Shown: one piece after another, positions 1 to 13,245 of the stretch
Layout of the letters: the number at the start of each line of letters is the position of its first letter
Numbering within the stretch: position 1 is the first letter of the stretch
Assembly: GCF_964204645.1 (NCBI RefSeq)
Contig: NC_134027.1
Coordinates: forward strand, 18,996,560-19,060,559
Origin: Tubulanus polymorphus
Taxonomy: Eukaryota; Animalia; Nemertea
Reading direction: 5' to 3'
DNA length: 64,000 nt
Translations under genes and position numbers: made by a program
The notes under the pieces: generated by a model
Databases searched by the model: none
Seen by the model: only the letters and a program-made list of their open reading frames with translations
Told to the model about the DNA's origin: nothing

Positions 1-854
1 TCTGTTTCATTATGACTTTGGAGCATATCGTGTGGCCCAGCCAGCCGGCCCGGTCCGGTGGGTTTGGCTGTCACTCGATATCCTCTTGAGTCTAGGTTGT
101 AGTAGACAGTCATTTAAAATGAATTGTTTATGTTATTCTGTATGAATTACCCGTATGACTTGTATGTTGTATGTTCTTATTTTAGAATTTGTAATTTTAT
201 TGAATTTGGGAATTTTATCCCGGAATTTTATATGTAATAAGGATCAATATAGAATTGAATTGTCACCTAATACACATGCCATCAGAGGATGCGGAGCCGC
301 ATACGACAGCTATGCTATTGTAAATTGCTAATCTCATTAAACCTGCATACCCCTAATATCGAACATATTTTCTAAAACATTTGAATATTGAAATGATCTT
401 TACACATTTTTATATTGACCGCTTGTAGCCGCTGATGAAATTCACGCCGGCCCTACACAGATCGTAGATAGCTTCGTCATTCCACCAGCATTCCCATGTC
501 AGGATCTTCCTTTTACATCAGACTTCCAAATCGTGTATACATCCGCCATTTTGACCGAATAACCTGATTTACTTATCATATCTATTTATGCCTGCCGCTT
601 CTGATATAATCATACATCCTTTACTATTACAAAACGTCTTCTAGTGATATTCAATTCAATATAACATTTCGACGTTCAAAAAGAACTCATTATATAATCA
701 CAGGAAGCCATTCCATCTTTGTCGATAATATTTTGCGGAATTAGCTTGTATGTGTACACATAGACCTGTGACGTTCTGCACATCGATTTACGGTTGTCGT
801 TTGTAAAATGACGCTGAATGGTTAACATTGTTTAGGTTTCATAATGGTTACGTT
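1..854 (-). mobile_element. Diverged partial copy of the Helentron-type element inserted in the 5S array (matches 16913-17780)
   Basis: Colinear similarity by eye from tctgtttcattatgact (1) / tctgcttcatcatgact (16913) through ataatggttacgtt (854) / ataatggtaacgtt (17779). Confidence 0.8.
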
Positions 855-2709
855 ATTTCCTTAATAACATTTTCATCATGGTATTCTTTTTTACATTTCA
901 CTGATTCTATAGATGTTTTTTTTAAGGAGAATGCTCCATTAGTTACAGATTTATACCAAAAAATCATTTCATTCACCAGTCCCGTCGTGTGTGCGAGCGA
1001 AGCAGTGCCTAACGTCGGCGAAACTACTTCAAGCGATGTTCAATGACAGAGGATAGGTTAACCTCCTTGGCCCTCATGCACATACATTAAGTTGAGGGTA
1101 GATACAAAAGCTGTGACGAAAATATTCGCGGGAAAACACCCAAGACGATTGTAGCTGGCAAACATTTTAGATTGAACTATTGTTTAACATCCAGGAAGAA
1201 AGACACTAAATATTTGGATTGATATATGAAAGCTGGGTACTGGAGTGTGTAATTGGTAGTGTAGTGTGATCTGTGTGCATTTGTGGCCAGCACACGGATC
1301 ACATTGTTCAATGGGGTTTGGTCCAGGACTCGCGAGATTTTCAACAACACGGAAGTAACGTGGAATAAATGATGACTTGAATTGCATGACTACCTACCAC
1401 CCCTCATTATTGTTGGAAAACTAACCGTTCCGCACTGACTAAAAATTAGTAATAACATTTTAGAAATGGCCAGAATTTTAACTTATGTTCTATCTCATTT
1501 TTATTTTACAATTGCGATTGGTATAAATTTTTTTTTAAACGGCCGTTAAGGCTTCATGTTTCGTCTGCAATTCACTGCAAATAGTTACGCAACTACGAAC
1601 ATTTCAGTGTTTTGGCAGCTGTACACTCAATCGGCACCGTTCGTGACTAGCTTCACTGCGGAATTATCATTAATTAACATCGCCATATCACATCATCAAC
1701 TTATATTGTGCCTTAAAACCCTAACAGCCGAAATAATTGAAATGCACACACGATTTCTATCATTGAAAATTGAGAGAGTGGCCATGTTTGTGTTCTGCTG
1801 CTTCGCGTAAATCCCGCGCGGTGGGGCAACCGCGCGGAGTGGGGCCGATACGTCCAGAGTTACTTGCTACATAAATTAGTGGTGAATAAATTTCATTCTT
1901 ACATTTCAAATGATTATACCTCTGCAAAGAAAACCAGCCGGTCACCAAAATCAATGCGGCAGCCTACGTGTGGGTTCGCTTTGAATTTTCATTACTTTTC
2001 ACCATTTTGGAAAGTGTTAACTGCGTTAACATACATGTACAAACAAAAAAAGGACAATCCCCATTTTTTAGATGAAAAAACCCCGGTACGTATTCATGTA
2101 TACATATACTGTCCATTTCGAACCACCTCGAAAATCCTTGTTTCAGAACCGTAGCGGAATGCTGGCGTGGGGGGTACTTTTCCACAAAATTGGGACCTTA
2201 TCTCTAGAGCAGGAGTCGACAGCGCAGGCGCGACGTCCCACTGATTGGGGTCTGGGAGCCCTCCAACAGAAGAATCTTTTAAAAAGAAGTTTTAAAACGT
2301 AATCTGAGCGAGTCTGTAGAACAAACTTACTGTAACAGGAAGACAGTTCTATGTTTGATTTAATAACTATTAACTGCGCCGCTCTTTACAAACGATTTTT
2401 TCAATTCACCCTTCGCGCATGGAGCGTTGCGAATAATGTGTACCACACAAGATACATCATTTTACGATCATGCTGTGGGAACAACTAGACGAGATTAGGC
2501 TACAGGGCGTAGGCCTACAGTGTTTTAGTGTACGAAAACGGACAAACAACAAGAAAAAACGTAGTGACATAATGGTGGGCGAAATGAGCTTTGCTGGAGT
2601 TAAAGAGTTGCATTAATAGTGGATCAAGGTGTTGTGAGAGGAAGGAGGAATTGCATCAATATCGATAATTTTGCGATTTTCATAGATATATAAGTTGATT
2701 AGTAAAATG

Positions 2710-4043
2710 TTTATTAGGGTTTCTGCTGCCTCGGCAGAAACCCTATTGGATTCCTGCTGATTATTATTTTAACATATTTTCCACTGAGTTTCGTCACATA
2801 AAAATCATCTTCTATTAGATTTGACTACTAACCACTTTGAAACAAAATGTCAAACTCTGATAATAATATAACAGTCTCTTTCTGCGCGTAGTTTCTATGG
2901 ATGTACATCCCGTACTGTGCTTCCTATTTTAAACTTGAGGTTACTTAAAGATGACACCGGTGGAAAAAGCAATCATCAATCATGGCGCGCATACTGGCGC
3001 GAATCTGAAAGTTTGTGACGTCATTTCATAAATAGATAAAGAAGGAAGGCTCCGAGAATATCCAAATCACAGGTTACTCTGAATAACTGGGGTTCACAAG
3101 TTAAAAATGTACTTCCTTGTTTGTGAAGTAAGTTTATTCATACTTTTATTAAAAACAGTTCCTTTTAAACATTCTATAATAGTAGAGTTTTGTTCGTGGA
3201 TATCAATACTTCGAAAAATCAACAGCGGTTTATTTATCTATTGTACCGGTACGCGTTTTCTTAATTGAATTGAATTGGTCCGGTCCAAAAGGCGGGTCAT
3301 ACAAGTTAGCGTCAGAAAATGTCAGCGTCGGTGATACCTTGTTATCGTCGATATTAAACGGTCTATAGTCAGTTTATACATCACATACATTACAAATCAG
3401 AGGTCCCTTGTACAAGTACATCACATCGTGACGCAGCGGCGATGGTAATGTCATAGAACAACAAAGTCAGTTGAAAATACCTACCCACTGCACCGATAAA
3501 GAATGATTGCTAGCCAGAGACCAGTGACAGTCAGTAATGGAGAGTGATGGTACCGTTCGTGACTATGTTTTTATAATGGTTATTGGACGTCAATTTCAAG
3601 TGAATTGTAGTCCATCTGATCGCTTAACTTGTCAGACTGACCTGTCACTCCTCTACTAATAGTAACACTATAAGGCTTTCCCTCCTGCATAGTTTACCCT
3701 ATAGGCCAAATTTGTGCTTAAGGCCAAATTCGGTTTTCTTATCTAGTCGACTTTTTTTCGGAACCAATAATAACCGAATATGCGCTTAAACTGTCACTAG
3801 GGAATGGTAAAAACACCGGAGCTTCGTTCTTCTCGATGTTATTTCCCCCAAAACCTGGCACATTAGTACTTTGCGCGTAGTAGCACATGCGGGTCAACAT
3901 ATCCATGTTGTAAGTTGACCCCTAGGTGGCTCTTTAAAAAAACGGAATGTAACGAACTGATTTCGGGTGAAATCTTTGCTCGCATCCCTGAACGGCATTC
4001 TACCCAGAAAGTCAGAAACCCGTTATCGCTGCTTGCAGCTATA
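2710..4043 (+). mobile_element. Non-autonomous Helentron (HINE/DINE-1-like) element, family B
   Basis: Starts TTTATTAGGGTTTCTG with a 5' hairpin (agggtttctg...cagaaaccct). 3' subTIR CAGAAACCC at 4013-4021, then palindrome GCTGC-TT-GCAGC and CTATA followed by a T-run. No TSD. Confidence 0.7.
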
Positions 4044-4105
4044 TTTTTCCATTAAATCGTTTCTATATATAGCCTACGTGTATACAGTTTTTGAGATTTT
4101 TCTTT

Positions 4106-5533
4106 CTAAAATTTGAAAACTTTAAGACAATGGTCGCCCTTGTCAACACTAACTAACAACTGCCTATCCATGATATTATCATCAATCAAACAAACCCCAC
4201 GGGGTTCTTTTAAACCCTCGAATTTAGTCACCGTTTTTATATGTTCTCCTTTATTAGTAAATAACTGCACGACTTTAGTTTCAGGGTCTAGAATAACGAT
4301 AAGATTACGATCAGTAATTGCTATAGTACTACCCTGTATAGGTCTGTGTAGGTTCATGACGCATTGTGAAAACGGCTCACATAAATCAAACTGCAGTAAA
4401 AAATGTCCCTTCTTATCGAATATTTTAACCGAATGTTTGAATTGAGTTATATTTATATTTATAGTATCGGTAACTGATATTTCGTCGGTAGGACTGATGG
4501 CAATGAATGTCGGATTCAAAAGCTGACCTTCCCCTTGGCCCTTACATGAGATCTTTTTTACAAATTCACCGTTAGCCTCAAAACAGAAAATACACCCGCT
4601 GTGCTTATCTACCACATAAATCAAATTTTTGCTGTCTACCGCAACTCCCCACGGTCTGTTCAACATCTTCGTACCAATATTACGAATTTCAAAATTACAA
4701 AAATCATTATTCACGATCTGGGAACAAACTGAAAGACAGCAGTAGGAAGTCGTAAATACCATACAGCCATTGGTAAAAAATGCCATATCAATTATTTCCG
4801 GCGCCATACATAAGAGGCGCAAGATTCGTGATTGTCTGTTCCAAATGATTGGTTTCCATAGAAACGTACAAACAATGAGTCGTTCCATTGGAGTGGTTTT
4901 GATAAATTGACCATCTTGGTCGAAGGTGTGCACTCCATTCATATCTGACACGTGAATAAACTTATCGTGGTAACTGACACAAGACGGCGACTGAAGTTCC
5001 CCTTTATTATTGCCCTGCCCGCCAAAAGTAAAAAGCAATCCTGTACTCATAGTTGTTGCTTTTTTTATCGCTAATAATCGACTTTGTATATTAAATTCCT
5101 TGCAGGCTAGTACTGTATGTAAACGAGTAACTTTCAGTCGACGGTGTGCGAACTGACATTCTCGGCAAAGCAAATCTAAACAATCTAAACATCCGCAAAT
5201 CGCAACATTTTCGTAATCACAAGATGTACAGGTTTTATGTTCGTTAGTAACCTCGGTTAGTTTAGGCAAATTATCGATGACGCTTTTAGCACGAAAGTCA
5301 TCTTTGAGCGCGCTTATGCCCGATGGACACAGCGTCTCTAAACGACATTCGGGACATATTATCGCCTGCTCTGGACAGTGTAAATACCACGATTGTAAAC
5401 ATTCGGCGCAGAACGAGTGAAAACATGGTAGAATCTTCGGATTGTTTAAACGATTTAGACACAGGCTACACTGAAATTCTTCCTCAATTCTATTCAAATT
5501 TTCTGTGACGTCATCATCATCCGCTGCTGCCAT
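4106..5533 (-). CDS. Intronless TRIM-NHL-like protein: RING finger, one B-box, NHL beta-propeller repeats (putative E3 ligase)
   Basis: ORF 4106-5545; first ATG at 5533 (MAAADDDD). RING CSLC...LPCFHSFCAECL...CPECR; B-box CTSC...CLDCLDLLCRECQFAHRR...H; NHL motifs FGGQGNNKGELQSP, LNRPWGVAVDS, KGQGEGQLLNPTFIAIS, LKEPRGVC. Confidence 0.85.
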   Translation of the reverse strand: MAAADDDDVTENLNRIEEEFQCSLCLNRLNNPKILPCFHSFCAECLQSWYLHCPEQAIICPECRLETLCPSGISALKDDFRAKSVIDNLPKLTEVTNEHKTCTSCDYENVAICGCLDCLDLLCRECQFAHRRLKVTRLHTVLACKEFNIQSRLLAIKKATTMSTGLLFTFGGQGNNKGELQSPSCVSYHDKFIHVSDMNGVHTFDQDGQFIKTTPMERLIVCTFLWKPIIWNRQSRILRLLCMAPEIIDMAFFTNGCMVFTTSYCCLSVCSQIVNNDFCNFEIRNIGTKMLNRPWGVAVDSKNLIYVVDKHSGCIFCFEANGEFVKKISCKGQGEGQLLNPTFIAISPTDEISVTDTININITQFKHSVKIFDKKGHFLLQFDLCEPFSQCVMNLHRPIQGSTIAITDRNLIVILDPETKVVQLFTNKGEHIKTVTKFEGLKEPRGVCLIDDNIMDRQLLVSVDKGDHCLKVFKF

Positions 5534-6749
5534 TTCTACAATCAATTTTGAAAAAATATATAATCTAAATATCCAAAATGACTATGCCAAAATGTCTCAA
5601 TGTCGAAACTGACTTTTTTTTGCTATACGGTGTATACATTGATGTTCAAACCTGGAAATGATATACCCGGCCCTCCCATATACCGCCACCCCCGATTACC
5701 GCCAGGTTTTATCAATGTACAATCTTCATACAAGTACATAAAACACCCCCGATATACCGCCATACTCTATACCGCCAAAATGGTTCTGTGCTGATGTGGG
5801 GAATGTATCGGGGGTTGACTTATAGATGTAGTGTATCCTGTTTAAACTAATAAGATGGATTAAAGGTCAGAGTAATTTCCAGCATGTAGCTGCACACTCG
5901 GTCTAGTATGGCTGGGTTTCTACCATGGCAATATCCAAGCCATCAGGTTCGAATCTCTGCCGGGGGAGGATGGCCCCTGAGCTAACTAGTATAAAAACTT
6001 AAAACGTAACCTCCTGGGATATCGGAATGATCTTGTTTCTTGGTAGCTGCGTTTGGAAATTTCAGCCAAATTCCAGAAATTTTTAAACCGAGAAGAATGT
6101 TCCCACTTCTGGAAGATCGCAATCGAAAAGGCCCTAAGTGTAAAACTACAGCTTGAATGAGACGCCGAAATTGAAAAAAATGTGCCTATGAGGTATTTAC
6201 CCGAAGTTAGAGGCCTAATGCTACTTACCTAATGATGACAATGATTTCTACGTTTCCATGCATGCAATTAATCACAGAAACAGGATACGTATCGCTTTGA
6301 ATGTACGCTATCTCGCAATTATGCTATATTTTCATCTGCACTCATTTTATGCAACCGCAATTATCTTGAATCACAGCCAATTCGGCGAGCGTACAATTTG
6401 TTTGAGGTCAAAGTTTCTTATCAACGTTTATCAAATCGATTAGATAAGATCATTTCAACAATGTAAGATGGGAACAGGGGAGATATAATTGTGTGAATAA
6501 ATCCTTGAAGTTTACCATATCTAGACCACCACAGATACAGACTAGTAAGTAATCGACACTGAGAAGGCATTCTGCCAGAAAATAGTGCTTAAAGCATACA
6601 TTTGACATAAGCACTATATACTACAGATTGTTTTATTGTGTACGTTTATTAATAAATGACTAGCTGCTATTGAAAAATTATTACGGCATTTTGTGTTAAT
6701 GGTCGACAACTTAACTCAGTTTGGGGACGAAATTTCGAAAATAAACTTC

Positions 6750-7465
6750 TGTCATTGTATTGCAAAAAAGAGTTATTAGGCTAATTTCTATTCCTATGAT
6801 TTGGCGCACACTGACCCTATATTCAAACGGTTTAATATCCTCAAGCTCAAAGATATTAATAAACTTCAGCTAGGTACTTTTGTCCACTCTGAATTACCGA
6901 AATCATTCGAAAATCATTGGAGCCAAAATTTTCAAATCCACAGTCATAATACTCGACGACGTCAAGATTTACAAACACTTTCTTTCAATAGTCAAAGAAG
7001 AACATTTTCAGTAAAAGTATCCGGCCCTTTACTTTGGAATAACATCAGTGAAAATCTAAAAACCTGGAAAATTCTAAACTGTCCCTGAGAAATTATAGAA
7101 AGCAACTTTGTGCTTGCCTATATTTTATAGTTATCCTCTAATTCAAACTAAAATTATTGTTATTGAAATATTACAGAAAACAACTGGCTTATTAAATGAT
7201 TACATCTTAATCAAGCTGTTATCATAGTTTACTATGAGAGCATTTTGTGTGTTAAAAGTCTACTGTAAGCATATTTTTTTCTTTATTGCATTTCTCTTTT
7301 TTTCTTCACTTTTCTCTTTTGAGGGACCTGTTTTGTTAGTTTCTACAGGCCCCACCAGGTCTAATTTTACTGTGTTTTGTATTATGCCTTGTACACTATG
7401 CTGTAAATTATATTTGAAAAATAAAGTGTTCATTCATTCATTCATTCATTCATTCATTCATTCAA
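6750..7465 (+). mobile_element. 3' fragment of a CR1/L2-group LINE with (CATT)n tail
   Basis: HTDPIFKRFNILKLKDINKLQL...HSHNTRR...SGPLLWNNI is typical of the ORF2 C-terminus of this group; AATAAA at ~7420 is followed by a (CATT)n microsatellite. Confidence 0.75.
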
Positions 7466-7981
7466 TCAATACATCAATCGATTATAGTGAATGAATTATT
7501 AATCTTAAAGCTACGGTAATACATTTTTTGAGACATCCTACAATATGTTAAACCTGTCAGACGGTCTTAGGTCATAAAGGTTACCAGGGCAAAAGAGAAT
7601 GATGAATTAACATTCATCAGACCTAAAAGGTTTATCTTAGGCTCGTATAGCACCAAGCGACGTTGATCGTCACCTTTTTCTATTTGGTAGTACCACGATA
7701 AGGGTTTCTCCAATAGCAGCTGTTCTGATAGCCGCATTTTGCCAGCAGAAACGGTAAAAATGATAATAGTTGAGGAAAATCAGAACATTTCCTTAGCAAA
7801 TCAATCTGTGACGTCACATTTCCACGAAATAGCCAATCCTACTCAAAGAAAGTATTGATTTGTGAATATTCCCGACTACAAAATTTTGATAGATACTACA
7901 TTCAGCTAAAAGTGCAAACAAACAATGAAATGGCTCTTTGCGATGCTTTAATTTTTGAAAAATGGAGGAAAATTCGAAAAA

Positions 7982-8100
7982 AATCTACAGCACCCGGTAT
8001 TCCCAGGCCGTCACCCATCCAAGTACTAACCGGGCCCGACGTTGCTTAACTTCGGTGATCGGACGAGAACCGGTGCTTTCAACGTGGTATGGCCGTAGAA
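7982..8100 (-). rRNA. 5S rRNA (edge copy with substitutions, +1 T)
   Basis: 5S sequence plus T-run terminator. Confidence 0.85.
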
Positions 8101-8608
8101 AACAAAACGTAAAAATCTAACCGTTTTGATAATACCTCCTCCATCGGATCGCCAAGATAGCGAGACAATGTACTTTGAATCTTTGTTTTAACGCAGTTTT
8201 ATCGCGATCCTGCCGAGGTACGTCGGTGATTGAATATTAAATGAAAAGTTTATTTACTATCCATCATCAGCCACTCCGAGAGAAAATACCGGGATAATTT
8301 TCAATTCGCTCCACCGAAAGATGCCTCAGCAACGCGTGTCGCCTTTCCCTTATGCGAGAGTCGGTCGCTCAATTATTGACGGTAAATGAGGGTGAGGAAA
8401 CTATGAGAACAGCTACTTAGCAACTCAATCTATGACGTCACATTTCCACAAAATAGCCAATCTGCTGAAAGAAAGTAATGATTTGTAAATATTTCCGACG
8501 ACGAAATTTTGATAGCTACTACGTCCAGCTAAAAGCGCAAAAGAACAATGAAATAGCTTTTTGCGATGCGCTTTTAATTTTCCAAATAAGTCGAGGAAAT
8601 GTGAAAAA

Positions 8609-8727
8609 AGTCTACAGCACCCGGTATTCCCAGGCGGTCACCCATCCAAGTACTAACCGGGCCCGACGTTGCTAAACTTCGGTGATCGGACGACAACCGG
8701 TGCTTTCAACGTGGTATGGCCGTAGAC
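8609..8727 (-). rRNA. 5S rRNA (two substitutions)
   Basis: 5S sequence plus T-run terminator. Confidence 0.9.
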
Positions 8728-9238
8728 AACAAAACGTAAAAATCTAACCGTTTTGATTATACCTATCCATCGGATCGCCAAGATAGCGAGACAATGTATA
8801 CTATATTTCTTTGTTTTAACGCAGTTTTATCGCGATCCTGCCGAGGTCCGTCGGTGAATAAATAAATTTAAAGGTTTATTTACTATCGGCATCAGCCACT
8901 CCGAGAGAAAATACTCGGAGAATTTTCAATTCGCTCCACCGAAAGATGCCTCAGCAACGCGTGTCGCCTTTCCCTTATGCGAGAGTCGGTCGCTCAATGA
9001 TTGACGGTAAATGAGGGTGAGGAAACTATGAGAACAGCTACTTAGCAACTCAATCTATGACGTCACATTTCCACAACATAGCCAATCTGTTGAAAGAAAG
9101 TAATGATTTGTGAATATTTCCGACGACGAAATTTTGATAGCTACTACATTCAGCTAATTTAAAGCGCAAACAAACAATGAAATAACTCTTTGCGATGCGC
9201 TTTTAATTTTCCAAATAAGTCGAGGAAAATTCAAAAAA

Positions 9239-9357
9239 AGTCTACAGCACCCGGTATTCCCAGGCGGTCACCCATCCAAGTACTAACCGGGCCCGACGTT
9301 GTTTAACTTCGGTGATCGGACGAGAACCGGTGCTTTCAACGTGGTATGGCCGTAGAC
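9239..9357 (-). rRNA. 5S rRNA
   Basis: 5S sequence plus T-run terminator. Confidence 0.93.
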
Positions 9358-9865
9358 AACACAATGTAAAAATCTAACCGTTTTGATAATACCTCCTCCA
9401 TCGGATCGCCAAGATAGCGAGACAATGTATACTTTATTTCTTTGTTTTAACGCAGTTTTATCGCGATCCTGCCGAGGTACGTCGGTGATTGAATAAATTA
9501 AAGGTTTATTTACTATCGGTCATCAGCCACTCCGACAGAAACTACTCGGATAATTTTCAATTCGCTCCACCGAAAGATGCCTCAGCAACGCGTGTCGCCT
9601 TTCCCTTATGCGAGAGTCTGTCGCTCAATGATTGACGGTAAATGAGGTTGAGGAAACTATGAGAACAGCTACTTAGCAACTCAATCTATGACGTCACATT
9701 TCTACAAAATAGCCAATCTGCTGAAAGAAAGTAATGATTTGTGAATATTTCCAACGACGAAATTTTGATAGCTACTACATACAGTTAAAAGCGCAAACAA
9801 ATAATGAAATAGCTCTTTGCGATGCGCTTTAATTTTCGAAATAAATCGAGAAAAATTCGAAAAAA

Positions 9866-9984
9866 AGTCTACAGCACCCGGTATTCCCAGGCGGTCACCC
9901 ATCCAAGTACTAACCGGGCCCGACGTTGCTTAACTTCGGTGATCGGACGAGAACCGGTGCTTTCAACGTGGTATGGCCGTAGAC
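9866..9984 (-). rRNA. 5S rRNA
   Basis: Consensus 5S plus terminator. Confidence 0.95.
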
Positions 9985-10493
9985 AACAAAACGTAAAAAT
10001 CTAACCGTTTTGATAAAACCTCCTCCATCGGATCGCCAAGATAGCGAGACAATGTATACTTTATTTCTTTGTTTTAACGCAGTTTTATCGCGATCCTGCC
10101 GAGGTACGTCGGTGATTGAATAAATTAAAGGTTTATTTACTATCGGTCATCAGCCACTCCGACAGAAACTACTTGGATAATTTTTAATTCGCTCCACCGA
10201 AAGATGCCCCAGCAACGCGTGTCGCCTTTCCCTTATGCGAGAGTCTGTCGCTCAATGATTGACGGTAAATGATGTTGAGGAAACTATGAGAACAGCTACT
10301 TAGCAACTCAATCTATGACGTCACATTTCCACAAAATAGACAATCTGCTGAAAGAAAGTAATGATTTGTGAATATTTCCAACGACGAAATTTTGATAGCT
10401 ACTACATTCAGTTAAAAGCGCAAACAAATAATGAAATAGGTCTTTGCGATGCGCTTTAATTTTCGAAATAAATCTAGGAATATTCGAAAAAAA

Positions 10494-10613
10494 AGTCTAC
10501 AGCACCCGGTATTCCCAGGCGGTCAGTCATCCAAGTACTATCCGGGCCCGACGTTGCTTAACTTCGGTGATCGAACGAGAACCGGTGCTTCCCAACGTGG
10601 TATGGCCGTACAC
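10494..10613 (-). rRNA. 5S rRNA variant class B (C-box altered, possible pseudogene)
   Basis: C3>G, TTGGGAAGC (1-nt insertion), GGATGACTGACC in the C box. Confidence 0.8.
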
Positions 10614-11122
10614 AATTAAACGTAAAAATCTAACCGTTTTGATAATACCTCCTCCATCGGATCGCCAAGATAGCGAGACAATTTATACTTTATTTCTTTG
10701 TTTTAACGCAGTTTTATCGCGATCCTGCCGAGGTCCGTCGGTGAATAAATGAAAAAAAAGGTTTATTTACTATCGGTCATCAGCCACTCCGAGAGAAAAT
10801 ACCGGGATAATTTTCAATTCGCTCCACCGAACAATGCCTCAGCAACGCGTGTCGCCTTTCCCTTATGCGAGAGTCGGTCGCTCAATGATTGACGGTAATG
10901 AGGTTGAGGAAACTTATGAGAACAGCTACTTAGCAACTCAATCTGTGACGTCACATTTCCACAAAATAGCCAATCTGCTGAAAGAAAGTAATGATTTGTG
11001 AATATTTCCAACGACGAAATTTTGATAGCTACTACATTCAGTTAAAAGCGCAAACAAATAATGAAATAGCTCTTTGCGATGCGCTTTAGTTTTCGAAATA
11101 AATCGAGGAAAATTCGAAAAAA

Positions 11123-11241
11123 AGTCTACATCACCCGGTATTCCCAGGCGGTCACCCATCCAAGTACTAACCGGGCCCGACGTTGCTTAACTTCGGTGAT
11201 CGGACGAGAACCGGTGCTTTCAACGTGGTATGGCCGTAGAA
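11123..11241 (-). rRNA. 5S rRNA (+1 T variant)
   Basis: 5S sequence plus terminator. Confidence 0.9.
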
Positions 11242-11750
11242 AACAAAACGTAAAAATCTAACCGTTTTGATAATACCTCCTCCATCGGATCGCCAAGATA
11301 GCGAGACAATGTATACTATATTTCTTTGTTTTAACGCAGTTTTATCGCGATCCTGCCGAGGTACGTCGGTGATTGAATAAATTAAAAGTTTATTTACTAT
11401 CGGTCATCAGCCACTCCGACAGAAAATACCGGGATAATTTTCAATTCGCTCCACCGAACGATGCCTCAGCAACGCGTGTCGCCTTTCCCTTATGCGAGAG
11501 TCGGTCGCTCAATGATTGACGGTAAATGAGGGTGAGGAAACTATGAGAACAGCTACTTAGCAACTCAATCTATGACGTCACATTTCCACAAAATAGCCAA
11601 TCTGCTGAAAGAAAGTAATGATTTGTGAATATTTCCGACGACGAAATTTTGATAGCTACTGCATTCAGCTAAAAGCGCAAACAAACAATGGAATAGCTCT
11701 TTGCGATGCGCTTTTAATTTTCCAAATAAGTCGAGGAAAATGTGAAAAAA

Positions 11751-11869
11751 AGTCTACAGCACCCGGTATTCCCAGGCGGTCACCCATCCAAGTACTAACC
11801 GGGCCCGACGTTGCTTAACTTCGGTGATCGGACGAGAACCGGTGCTTTCAACGTGGTATGGCCGTAGAC
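11751..11869 (-). rRNA. 5S rRNA
   Basis: Consensus 5S plus terminator. Confidence 0.95.
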
Positions 11870-12378
11870 AACAAAACGTAAAAATCTAACCGTTTTGATA
11901 ATACCTCCTCCATCGGATCGCCAAGATAGCGAGACAATGTATACTATATTTCTTTGTTTTAACGCAGTTTTATCGCGATCCTGCCGAGGTCCGTCGGTGA
12001 ATAAATGAATAAAAAGGTTTATTTACTATCGGTCATCAGCCACTCCGAGAGAAAATACTCGGAGAATTTTCAATTCGCTCCACCGAAAGATGCCTCAGCA
12101 ACGCGTGTCGCCTTTCCCTTATGCGAGAGTCGGTCGCTCAATGATTGACGGTAAATGAGGGTGAGGAAACTATGAGAACAGCTACTTAGCAAATCAATCT
12201 ATGACGTCACATTTCCACAAAATAGCCAATCTACTGAAAGAAAGTAATGATTTTTGAATATTTCCGACAACGAAATTTTGATAGCTACTACATTCAGTTA
12301 AAAGCTCAAACAAATAATGAAATAGCTCTTTGCGATGCGCTTTAATTTTCGAAATAAATCGAGAAAAATTCGAAAAAA

Positions 12379-12497
12379 AGTCTACAGCACCCGGTATTCC
12401 CAGGCGGTCACCCATCCAAGTACTAACCGGGCCCGACGTTGCTTAACTTCGGTGATCGGACGAGAACCGGTGCTTTCAACGTGGTATGGCCGTAGAA
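12379..12497 (-). rRNA. 5S rRNA (+1 T variant)
   Basis: 5S sequence plus terminator. Confidence 0.92.
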
Positions 12498-13245
12498 AAC
12501 AAAACGTAAAAATCTAACCGTTTTGATAATACCTCCTCCATCGGATCGCCAAGATAGCGAGACAATGTATACTATATTTCTTTGTTTTAACGCAGTTTTA
12601 TCGCGATCCTGCCGAGGTCCGTTGGTGAATAAATAAATTTAAAGGTTTATTTACTATCGGCATCAGCCACTCCGAGAGAAAATACTCGGAGAATTTTCAA
12701 TTCGCTCCACCGAAAGATGCCTCAGCAACGCGTGTCGCCTTTCCCTTATGCGAGAGTCGGTCGCTCAATGATTGACGGTAAATGAGGGTGAGGAAACTAT
12801 GAGAACAGCTACTTAGCAACTCAATCTATGACGTCACATTTCCACAAAATAGACAATCTGCTGAAAGAAAGTAATGATTTGTGAATATTTCCGACGACGA
12901 AATTTTGTTAGCACCTACATTCAGCTAAAAGCGCAAAAAAAACACCGAAAGATGCCTCAGCAACGCGTGTCGCCTTTCCCTTATGCGAGAGTCGGTCGCT
13001 CAATGATTGACGGTAAATGAGGGTGAGGAAACTATGAGAACAGCTACTTAGCAACTCAATCTATGACGTCACATTTCCACAACATAGCCAATCTGCTGAA
13101 AGAAAGTAATGATTTGTGAATATTTCCAACGACGAAATTTGGATAGCTACTACATTCAGCTAATTTAAAGCGCAAACAAACAATGAAATAGCTCTTTGCG
13201 ATGTGCTTTTAATTTTCCAAATAAGTCGAGGAAAATTCGAAAAAA

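Noticed and set aside
5890-5990. GGTTCGAATCT B-box-like motif as a tRNA gene
   Set aside because: No cloverleaf; at most a decayed SINE head.
9510-9580. CTGATGA (hammerhead core) on the minus strand of each spacer, next to a CTCCGAG/CTCGGAG hairpin
   Set aside because: No stem II followed by GAAA in a valid topology, and the hairpin is broken in many units.
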